Shown here piece by piece: positions 22,874 to 34,208 of a stretch of DNA of 64,000 nucleotides; positions within the stretch are counted from its first letter, which is position 1, and each line of letters begins with the position of its first letter. The notes under the pieces were generated by a model. The model was not told where the DNA came from. It did not search any database and was given only the letters and a program-made list of their open reading frames with translations. The stretch is from Octopus vulgaris (Eukaryota): NCBI GenBank assembly GCA_951406725.2, contig OX597829.1:24242001-24306000 (forward strand). The letters run 5' to 3'. The position numbers were made by a program, and so were the translations under genes.

Positions 22874-25837
22874 CTGTAAAGAGAAATCAATATCAAATAT
22901 GAGTGAAAAACGAAAAAGTAAATAAATAACAATAATATTGGTTTCTAATTTATATACCTAAATGACAACAGATGAGAGGACATTATAAGGGTTAATTATA
23001 AAAATGATGCAAGTTTAACCATTTAGCATTCAAGTCAGCTGTATTTGACCCAAATATTCTAGTTGTTTTACGTTCAAATTAGTTAAATCTGGCCTCTCAC
23101 ACTTATCCTATGATGTCATTTAAAGAAAAATAAACAATCACATCATGGAAATTTCAGAGCAACAAGATACTGCATGATTAATTGAAAACAATGTGAATAA
23201 ATAAGCTTTACATTTGATAGAATAATCTGAATGCTAAAAGATTAAATTGAATAAATAAATTTTTAAAAAAACATGCAGGAAACAAAAATATACAAAAGGA
23301 TTGAAATGGGATGATCCTTGATTATTCTGATGACCAAGGGCAAGCATCATGCCTCACCTGAGTCTCTGACTAACATGCACATAAAGACCCACCCAGGCAA
23401 TCCTTATCCTCCCACTCAGTAAATTCAAAAGACAACCCTTCCACATCAAGTGGAGTTTTGGTAAAATTATTCAAGGTTTGGCTGAAGAAGAAAGTGTTTG
23501 TCATTAGTCTCTTCAATCTTGTCTACAATACAATTCTTTTCACCATGTCTTCTAGGTAGAGATAAAAAAATGACCTGCCTTTCCTAGCCAGAAGAGGACA
23601 GTGAGGCAATTCCCACAATGGACTCAGTTAAATAGCTAGATCTGTAGTCCACACATAAACGATTTGATGTAACTCTATAAGTGAGTAATACTTGAACACT
23701 GAAAGAGTGCATATGAGTGCATGCTCTGCATGCACTTTGAACAAGCTCAGCCAACTGCACTTCTGTAAGTATAGAACTTATCATAAACAGACAATACTCC
23801 ACTCTATACTAAACTGCCTAATAGAGAGTTTTCATTTTTCCAAGGCTGAAATTGCCTTATAATAGGTTATCCAGATAATATTTGTAAAAGTGCTTGTGCA
23901 ATGCCATGAAAGAGTGCATGAACAGTGCCACATAAAAGCACCCAGCACACTCTGTAAAGTGGTTGGCATTAGGAAGGGCATCCAGCTGTGGAAACCATGC
24001 CAAATCAGACTGGAGTCTGGTGCAGCTCTCCAGCTTGCCAACTCTGGTGAAACTGTCCAACCCATGCCATCATGGACAATGGACATTATATAATAATGAT
24101 GATGATGATGATGATGATTATGATGAGTGTCTCCCTTAAGTATGTCATCAGTTTTCCCCATCCTCTACAGAATTCAACAATTACCAATTTTCTTGCTTTC
24201 TTCAAGCAGCCTCAACTGAAATGTAATCTCATAATTTCATGTTATCAATCTTTGTTCTCTATTAGCATCAGTAAGGGCTTTAATTATATGCTGATGTTGC
24301 TGGTGGTAGTGGTGGTAGTGCGTGATAGTAGTAGTAGTATGTTTGTACGTATGGAGGTATGAATGTATCTACGTACATTAAAGGTGATAAACAACTAGAA
24401 ACACTGCTTCAGACTGTACAGTAGTTTACAAAAGGAATTGATATCAGAAGAATGTGCCATAGAAAACGTGCCAAGAAGAAAACTTATAAGAACTCTAAAA
24501 TCATGCTGGATAAAGGAAATAAGATAAGAGGATTAGACTGACTTACTTTACTTAGGAATAAATGAATAGTGCAGACAAAGTGCAAAACCATACAAAGGAA
24601 GAAAAAGTTGAAAAGGAACATTATAGTCACATTAGATTAATAATAAAAAGAGCTTAATGTAAAATATAACAGAATGGACATTAACACTGATGCTGTTCCA
24701 TCAATAATTTATAGTTGTGATAAGTCTCAACAGGACATTAAAAGAATTAGCAAGAAAATTTATGACTGAATTTAGAATATACCACTGAAAATGTGACAGA
24801 AAGATAATATTTCCTACGAATACAGCATTAGGCTGTTGAAGCTCTATGCAACTAGAAAACTGCTATAAAATAGCCACAATAGGACTACAAAAAATATCTC
24901 TTTTACTTGTTTCAGTCATTTGACTGTGGCCATGCTGGAGTACCACCTTTAGTCGAAGGAATCGACTCCAGGACTTATTCTTTGTAAGCCTAGTACTATT
25001 TCTATGGGTCTCTTTTGCCGAACTGCTAAGTTACGTAAACGTAAACACACCGGCATCGGTAGTTGAGCGATGTTGGGGGACAAACACAGACACACAGACA
25101 CATACACATACATACGACGGGCTTGTTTCAGTTTCTGTCTACCATATCCACTCACAAGGCTTTGGTCGGCCCAAAGCTATAGTAGAAGACACTTGCCCAA
25201 GGTGCCATGCAGTGGGACTGAACCCGGACCCATGTGGTTCGTAAGGAAGCTACTTACCACACAGCCACTCTAGCGCCTAGTAAAGAATAACAGAAAAGTA
25301 ATGCAAATATCTATGAAAAATATAGACAAAACTATTTCTTTAGAACAAAAAACACCCAAGCTGGTGCCATGTATAAGGCACCCTTGCCAGTGCCACATAA
25401 AAAGCACCTGTGCCAGTAGTACATTAGAAGCACTGATGCTGGTGCCATGTAAAAAGCACCCAGTACACTCTGTAAAGTGATTGGCATTAGGAAGGGCATC
25501 CAGCCATAGGAACCATGCCTTAACAGTCAACTGGTAACTGGTGCAACTCTATGGCTGGCCAGCTTCTGTCAAGCCACCCAACTCATGCCAGCATAAGAAA
25601 CAGACATTAAATGATGATGGTGATGATGATGATGATGAAATAGAAGCTGGAATAACCAAAAGCCGAGAGAAGAAGAAAGGAATGACAACAGAAATTGTGA
25701 ATAAAAAACAAAATATAGAAAAACAAAAAAAAGCTAAAAATGATGTGACTGAATGTCGTATTAAAGTGCTACAAAGGAAAATTCCTAATATAGGTACAGG
25801 TGTGGCGGCTGTGTGGTAATAAGTTTGCTTCCTAAAA

Positions 25838-26070
25838 GGCAGCGAACTGGCAGAAACGTTAGCACGCCGGGTGAAATACTTAGCGGTATTTCGTCTACCG
25901 TTACGTTCTGAGCTCAAATTCCGTCGAGGTCTACTTTGCCTTTCATCCTTTTGGGGTCGATAAATTAAGTACCAGTTACACACTGGGGTCGATGTAATCG
26001 ACTTAATACCTTTGTCTGTCCTTGTTTGTCCCCTCTATGTTTAGCCCCTTGTGGGCAATAAAGAAATAAG
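25838..26070 (+). mobile_element. tRNA-derived SINE (second family) nested in a CORE-type SINE
   Basis: ggcagcgaactggcagaaacgttagcacg... with 15-bp TSD aagtttgcttcctaa (25821-25835, 26071-26085). Family also at 28086-28317, 40191-40421, 6265-6490, 11615-11812, 31600-31815 and 55210-55415. Confidence 0.85.
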
Positions 26071-27444
26071 AAGTTTGCTTCCTAACCATATAGTTTTAGG
26101 CTCAGTTCTAATATGTGGTACCTTAGGCAAGAGTCCTCTACTATAGCACTGGGCCAACCAATGCCTTGTGAGTGAATCTGGCAGACAGAAACTGAAAGAA
26201 GCCCTAATACAGGCATGCGCACATATGTATGTATATATATTATATATGTGTCGTCTACATCTGTGAAATCTGGAAGAGGGCAGTGAATATCTCTCAATTG
26301 CTGAACATGTTCCATCGACTCAGCCTATATCTATTCCTGGGCATCTCTTACTGTGACAGAGTAAGAAAATAAAGAGGTGATGAGGAAAGCTGTCATAGGA
26401 AGTTTGCAGGACATAGTGACTAAGCAGCGGATATGCTACCATTGTGATGGAGTGGACGTCAAAAGGAGGAAAAAAACTGAATGAAAGACCAGGGACAAAG
26501 TGGTGCAGTATGTTCCAGGATTACATGATAGAGATGGGCTGTGGTCTGAGTAGAACTAAAAGGATAGCTATGCTTTTGGGATGTTTAGAGAAGGCTCATT
26601 GCCCATTGTGCTGACAGCACTGGAAGAACTAAATACTATGAGCTAAGAGTGTATGTAGGTGAGCATGTGTATACGTGCATGTGTGTGTATGTATGTGTGT
26701 TACTATCTCCATCAATTGATAGTTGTATGTGAGTGTCATCATCATGCAAGCAGTGTCCTTCATTTCCAATCTTCCAAGACCTGTCTGGTTACGAAAGAAT
26801 GTTACTTTTCTTGGAAACAGGTGAGGGTTGGTGACAGAAAGGGCATCCAGCTGTAGAAAATCCACCTGACCCATGGAAGCATGGAAAAGTGGACATTATG
26901 ATGATGATGACAACGATGATGATGTTGATGGCCAATATTTAAAAAAAGAAAACAAATATGATAAAAAAAACAACAACAACATTAGCTGAGAAGCACAGGA
27001 GTCAAAACTAAAACCTAAGGATTCTCCACTTCAGAAGACCAAAAGTCTTCCAACCAAAAAACTTCTAAAAACTTAGGAAGAATTAGAATACAGTGAATAA
27101 CTGAGGAACGCATGGAGATGAGAAGAAATAAACAACCACTTTGTCTCTGGATCCACCATTTTTAACCAAGAAAGAATATATCAACTATTTTTTTTGTGTT
27201 TGAAAATACCTTTTGTGGGTAGGGAAGAATGTTTGTTTACGTTACTGAAGCACTGTTGGTTAAATCATAACCCCCACCCCTCATCTAAATACTGCAATAC
27301 TCTTTCAGACCAAGTGCTCTACTAACTTGAACACTCAACAACCTATTACTACAACTTCAGCAGCAGTAGAAGTAGAAGTAGCGTATTGGGAAAGGTGGTG
27401 GTAGCATAATTAAAAGACAATAAATAAGAGTACTCTGTACTTAC

Positions 27445-27536
27445 CTCTAACATCAGCTGAGTGAATTCATCATTTGATAAGAAGGACGGTTTCCAATCTT
27501 CTTTAATTTCATGAGCCTGAGACTGCATAGCAAGCT
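27445..27536 (-). CDS. Clock: Clock bHLH-PAS-A linker exon (92 nt)
   Basis: ccag|...|gtaagt. [31 protein letters not shown] (CLOCK-diagnostic [18 protein letters not shown]). Confidence 0.97.
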
Positions 27537-27892
27537 CTGGTGGAGAAACAGAAAAAAAAAAAATGAAATCATTTTTTTTAATACTATACTAGAACAAAAC
27601 AAAAAAAATGCTAAGAAATCAACACTTCCAATATTTTATAAAATATAGAGAAAATCTATTAAAGGGATTCATCAGATGATCACCCCAACTAAAATAAGAA
27701 AAGGGTGTATTTTTTTATCTTTAACTTGTTTCAGTCATCAGGCTGCAGACATGTTGGGGGTACTGCCTTGAAGGGTTTAATCAAACAAATTGACCCTAGT
27801 ACTTATTCTATAGGTCCCTCTAGTTAAACTACTAAGTTACATGGATGTAACAAACCAGCACCGGCTGTGGTGCTGGGATGGGGAAACACGCG

Positions 27893-27941
<49 letters not shown>

Positions 27942-28343
27942 ATACAATGGGCTTTTTCAATTTCCATCTACCAGATCAGCTCACAAGGCTTTGGGTTGAG
28001 TTGGAGCTATAGCAGAAGACACTTTCCCAAGGTGCCACACAGTGTGACTGAGCCTGGAGCCATGTGGTTGAGAAGTACACTTCTTATTTCTTTATTGCCC
28101 ACAAGGGACTAAACATAGAGGGGACAAACAAGGACAGACAAAGGGGTTAAGTCGATTACATCAACCACAGTGCATAACTGGTACTTAATTTATCGACCCT
28201 GAAAGGATGAAAGGCAAAGTTGACTTCAGTGGAATTTGAACTCAGAACGTAACAGTAGACGAAATACCGCTAAGCATTTTGCCCGACGTGCTAACGTTTC
28301 TGCCAGCTTGCCGCCACCTTCTTACCAGACAGCTACACCTGTA

Positions 28344-28593
28344 AAGTTAGCTTCTCGAGTCATGCTGACTCATTAGGGCGCGTTTCCCAGTTTCCATGGC
28401 ATACGAATTCCCCCACCTGGACGGGATGCCAGTCTGTCACAGGATTACTCATTTTTGCCAGTTGAGTAGACTGGAGCAACATGAAATGAAGTATTTTGCT
28501 CAAGAACACAATGTGTTGCCTGGTCCAGGAATCGAAACCGCAATCCTATAATCATAAGTCCAACACCTTAACCAATAAGTCGCATGCCTCCAC
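28344..28593 (-). mobile_element. tRNA-derived SINE (third family)
   Basis: Minus-strand head with B-box gtttcgattcc. 14-bp TSD cagctacacctgta (28330-28343, 28594-28607). Confidence 0.75.
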
Positions 28594-28966
28594 CAGCTAC
28601 ACCTGTACCTCGATCCTTTACATTGTTGGCTGTTTAGCCCTAGGTCAGCATAAGGCCAGCAATTTTGAAGGAAGGAGAAGTTGATTACATTGACCCCGGG
28701 GAACAACTGCTACTTGTCTCAATCCTGAAAGGACAAAATCAAAGTCAACCTTGGTAACATTTGAACTCAGAATGTAAAGAGTCAGAAAAAAAAAGCTACA
28801 AAGCATTTTGTCTAGCTCAGTAACGATTCTACCAGCCTGCTGCCCTAAATGTGACTTAACAACACAAGAAACTAATGGTAACAATTCCTGATGGTTATAA
28901 AATATTGATCACAATATCACAAAATATGAAATTACTTAATACATAAGCTGAAAGAAAAGTTTATAC

Positions 28967-29115
28967 CTTGGTAATTTCTGAGGAAAGCTATTGTTGATTT
29001 TAAGACTGTCGATTTGTCCATTTTCCTGTTGTTGGTCGAAACCATCGAACACAGCTCGTTGATCAGCATGTTGAACTGATCTCTTCTCTTCTTCTCACTT
29101 AAGTTACGAGTTTTT
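28967..29115 (-). CDS. Clock: Clock bHLH exon (149 nt)
   Basis: tcacag|...|gtata. [50 protein letters not shown]. Confidence 0.98.
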
Positions 29116-29765
29116 CTGTGAAAATCAAAGTGATGCTTCAGATTAGTAATTTCAAATTTCTTAACAGAGAAGAGGTTTAGACATTAACAAAGTTTAAGCA
29201 CAGTGAACAAAGATTAAGATATTCAACAAACAAATGATTCCTTGCATATATACATGTGTGCGTGTGTGTGTGTGCATGCATATATACATGCACATGCGCA
29301 CACACACACACATATACGTGGAGCATTGCTGTACTCAAGAAGAACCACTCACTACAACAGAATTGATATCCTAAAGCCAAGTTGCCACATAGAAAGACTG
29401 GTACTGGTGCCATGTAAAAAGCACTTGTGATGGTACCATATAAAAAGCACCCAGTACACTCTGTAAAGTGGTTTGTGATAGGAAGGGAACTAAGCTGTAG
29501 AAACCATGCCAAAAACAGACTATGGAACATGATGTGGCTTTACTAGCTTTTGTCAGGCCATCCAACCAATGCCAGCATGGAGAGCTGATGTTAAATGATG
29601 ATGATGATGATGATGATATATATATATCAAATATATTATATCATATTATATTTATATTATATATACATATTCTTGGACAACACAGTTATGTTGGATCTCT
29701 TATGATATCCTTGATAACCCCAAGTTCTCCTGTCTGCTTTGGCATTTTTTTTGACAGGATGTCAA

Positions 29766-29855
29766 AGTAACATGCATGACATAACTAAGTAACATGCATA
29801 ACTAAGTAACATGACATAACTAAGTAACATGCATAACTAAGTAACATGCATGACA
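29766..29855. repeat. short tandem repeat of agtaacatg(c/a)...ataacta units
   Basis: 4-5 units of 18-23 bp. Confidence 0.8.
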
Positions 29856-32800
29856 AGAACCCTTGACTGAGGCACTGGGAGAGTAGTATTGAGAGAGGGA
29901 GTTTGTGCCAGCTGATGAGAAGAAGAGATTAAAGTATGAACAGAGGGACAGAAATAAGCGTCTTGTAGTAGAGGAGATACCTCAGTTGAGAGAAAGAAAG
30001 AAAAGGGAGGAGGGAGAAAGAAGTTGGTGAAGATGTTATGGGGTGGAGTGGGGAGTCATTCAAGTTACAAGATGTGTATAAATGAGATGGAACCAAGGAT
30101 TGGATAAGGTGAGTGAGTGGGTAAGTGCAAGTGACTGTGAAAATGAGTGTGAGGTGGAGGGGAGAGAGGAATGTAATGAGTGGACACAGGTAAACGAAGG
30201 GGGTATATTAGAAGGATATGCTATGTGAAAGAGATTCCACAGGGATATGTGAGCAGATAAGTTTGCAAAAGTGCAATGAGAGATAGGGCAAGGAGGGGAA
30301 TACAAAGTGTAGTGAACACTGGTGAACGGAAATGGGGGAGTTTTAGAATGATGGGTTGTAAGGTGGAGGTTTGTGAGGAACAGATTGTGCGCAGGAGTAT
30401 GGACATAAATGACAAGCCTTTATGGCCTTCATTCTACACAGCAGGATGTGTCTTCTCGAGCACAGTAAATTGCCAATTATCTTGGTTCTTTGTTACCTCC
30501 TCTGTGAGAGTTAAACATCTGAAGATCATTTTTCATCTCTTCATTCCTCGTCTTCCTCTTCTACAGGTTCCCATTACATCTACAGATTAGCATTTCTTTA
30601 TGCAGCAATACAGACACACACACACACACACACACACATAGCCAATGCAACTTTGTTTAGGAAATTGTTTTGGCTTTTCAAAAACTACAAATGCATTTAC
30701 GCCATGTTATGCAATACTTCATCTAAAATATGCTACTCTAAGATAAATAGATGGATGGATAGATAGATACATAGATAGATAGATAGATAGATGGATGGAT
30801 GGATGGACACACACATACATACATACATGGATGGATAGACGGACGGACACAAACATATATGTACATGCATATGCATCACCATCATATCATCATTTTTAAT
30901 TACCATTTTCCATGCTGATATGGGTTAAACAGTTTGACAGAATCCAACAGATCAGAGGACCCTGCTGCACTCCAATACCTACTTTGGCATGGTTTCTATG
31001 GTTGAATTCTCTTCCTAATACCAACAAATTTACCGAGTTTATTGGGTGCTTTTTTCATGTCACTGGCACTTGTAAAGTTGCCATCTAGCGCACATGAGTA
31101 AGATCTCTATTGAATGAGTGGGACTTTAGTGAAGAAGGAAGCAGTTTTATGCTAGGTGACAAAACAGCTTTCTTGCTGTAGAGGAGATACATGGATGCTT
31201 GCATTCAACAAGAGTAAGTGTGAGCAACTGAGATGAAACTGGAAAGAGAGGTAAAGATGGTGGGGACAAGACAGGGCCCAGGAGGAAGAAGAATGAGAGA
31301 AACTGTCTGTAGAATTTGTAAGAGTGTATGGAGAGAGTGTGAGATGGCTAGAGATGGGGACTAGTACAAATATGCTGAAGATTAACAAGGGTTGAAGTGG
31401 GGAATGAGTCAATGATAAATATGAGATGTAGAGTGTGGGGGGGAATAGATGATGACTAGAGATGGAGAAGGGTTGAGGGGTGAATGTAGTGTCCAGCCAA
31501 GGAGTCTTCAATGATACACCATGAGTTAAGGGGAAGGTTGCGAGAGCATGGTAGTACAAGAATGTATAGAGCAGCAGAATAACAATAATAATAATAATAA
31601 CCATTTCTACTGAAGGCACAAGGCCTGAAATTTGGGAGGACAGGACTAGTTGATTACATCGACCCCAGTATATCACCAGTACCTCATTTACTGTACCCAA
31701 AAGGATGAAAGGCAAAGTAGACCTCAGTGGAATTTGAACTCAGAACATAGCAATGGGGGAAATCCCGCTAAGCATTTCATCCAGCTAACAAACAATTCTG
31801 CCAGCTCTCTACCTTTTAATAATAGTAACACAATAGACAAAAATAGCAGATGATGTATGGATAGGTAAGTTGCAAGACTGTGAGCGAAGAGATAAATGGA
31901 TGTATGTATATACACTGACAGAAAATATAATCAGATATTCACACACACACACACACACAGATGGACATGAGCTTGCATATGTATGAACAAGTACATATAT
32001 GTACATACATATAAACATGTACATGCATACAACGACAACTCTTCCTGAATTGAAGGTACTCTTGATCAGTTGTAATCCACTGGGACCAGGCCAGTAACTG
32101 TGCCACAGCTTCCCTACTCTTTTTACACATGCCAATAGACTTTGCTCCACTCTTTCTCACCTTTCAGCCATTCAGACTCCTACTGAAAGATAAATTCATC
32201 TTCAACTTTCTGCACCATCACTCCTCACCTCGCAAAAAAAAAGGTATCTTGGAAACCTCCTAGTGAGAAAACTCCACAGTACCCAGCCACACACAACTAA
32301 GCACTTTCACATTTAAACCAGCCATATCTGGTCCAAATATTCTATCTGCTTTATATTCAAACTGGCCAGATCCAACTTCTCACACCTATCCTACAACATC
32401 ATTTTAAAAATAAACAGTCATATAATGTGAGTAAACTATATGGCAGAGTAAACTAAATGATAAAGGCTTAATTGTGCTAAAGTGTTACATCAGACCCTAT
32501 ATTAACCTGCCTGAAACCACCTCTGGCTCTGTAGTACAAATGTCTTGTTTTCAAAAGTTCTGAATTAAATCCGTCACAATCTATGTTCCTAATACTAGCT
32601 TAATGATAACTAAGTTATTTTACTAAATTATTTGTTATATTTCAAATTAATTGAAAGAAACAAAAAGCATCTCAACAGAATTATGATAACAAAATATAAT
32701 AACACTACGACCATCAATGGGTCTGTCATAATATCTTATGACTCAGAATATTTGTTGCACATCACCCAATTTTATATATTGTATCATTTGCAAACTTTAC

Positions 32801-32859
32801 AGTGCTTTTTACATCAGGAAAAAAAGGCCCAACATCATGATTATTTTGGGGAGCATGTT

Positions 32860-33037
32860 AGAAGCATACAACTATGTGTGCCAGGCCAAACTGTTGCTAC
32901 TCACTTCAACACTATGGGCCATTTCATCACTCAAAGTGCATGACTTTGCTGCACACTATGAATCCACATTCTCAAGGAAATGGAGGGAACAGCATTTCAT
33001 ATTTGAACTTGGCACCACATCACCAATGGGTTTAGAT
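32860..33037 (+). mobile_element. Penelope-like GIY-YIG C-terminal remnant
   Basis: VATHFNTMGH ... RKWREQHFIFELGTTSPMGL, interrupted by a hAT MITE. Confidence 0.55.
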
Positions 33038-33505
33038 CAGGGCTGGGGGAAACCCCTGTCCACAGGTGCAATTGCACCTGCAAGCCCATTCTATTGTGCC
33101 TGCATGCTGGCATACTCATATGTACAAAATATAGTAAATTTTTCAATTATAAAATTTGTACAATATACGTATGCCCCTTTGCAACACAGGTCACATTTCC
33201 ATTATGACTTAAAACAGACTTGAACAGAAAATCGTCCGGTAATTGCCATTTGATTGGAAATTTTGTTTTCACTATAAAATACATATTGCTAGCTTTGTAC
33301 CACCCCCTTGAGACCCAGCTACACTAACTGAAAAATATAGAATATAATATAAACATCCTAAATTCAGTGGCAGTGTTAATTTAATGTGTTAAACTTAACG
33401 TTATTAATGTATATCGAATTATACATACATATATACAAGATTTATACAGTTAGAACATTATTTATTTACATTTGACAGATATTTGTCCCCATCTTGTTTG
33501 TTGTT

Positions 33506-33552
33506 AACACAACATTTCAGCTGATATACCCTCCAGCCTTCATCAGGTGTCT
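33506..33552 (-). ncRNA. minimal type I hammerhead ribozyme motif (CpG-decayed)
   Basis: GACAC-CTGATGA-A-GGCTG gagggtatat CAGCT-GAAA-TG-TT-GTGTT. CUGAUGA and GAAA are intact. Stem I GACAC/GTGTT. Confidence 0.65.
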
Positions 33553-33597
33553 TCGGAAATTTTGAACCTGGGTTCTCATTCCTAAGGTATTTTTCAA

Positions 33598-33636
<39 letters not shown>

Positions 33637-33637
33637 C

Positions 33638-34177
33638 ATTTTCCTTCTTTCTTCAAATTTTCGTCCATTTCTCTCCGAGTGTTTTCAGTACACCTAGGGC
33701 AGAGAAGCTCATTGTATGCATTCCCAGATTACACATGCAAATTCACAAGGTAAAATATGTATTTAAGATAAATTAATAAATAAATAAACTCATGAATGGA
33801 TGTTGTTTTCACAGCGATAATGCTCTACTCAGTACATGAGTCATTCCAGTTAACATGATTGTGTCATTTTCAAATAGGTTTCAGTACCTTTTTTTATCAT
33901 TCCTAGAGATCCTACAATCACTGGTACTTGAGATGCCACAGTTTTTCAATTTCTATTAGCAAGTCTTTATATTTACTGATCTTGTCAAATTCTTTTGCAG
34001 CTATATTGTGATCACAAGGAGTATTCATGTCAATTAATAAACACACCTTTTTTATCTGATCTTTTATAATAATATCCGGTTTATTAGTTTTTATAGTTTT
34101 GTCGGTATGTACAGGGAAGTCCCAGGGAATTGACATATTTTCTCCCTCAGTCACAGCTTCAGGATGGTGTTTATACC

Positions 34178-34180
<3 letters not shown>
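33638..34180 (-). mobile_element. R4/Dong-like non-LTR retrotransposon 3' fragment (restriction-like endonuclease)
   Basis: WYKHHPEAVTEGENMSIPWDFPVHTDKTIKTNKPDIIIKD...LLID...KISKYKDL. Flanked on both sides by (TAA)n. Confidence 0.8.

Positions 34181-34208
<28 letters not shown>

Noticed and set aside
23584-23802. ORF with YLTESIVG resembling PAS-A YxSESI
   Set aside because: The true PAS-A exon is 22784-22873. The resemblance is superficial.
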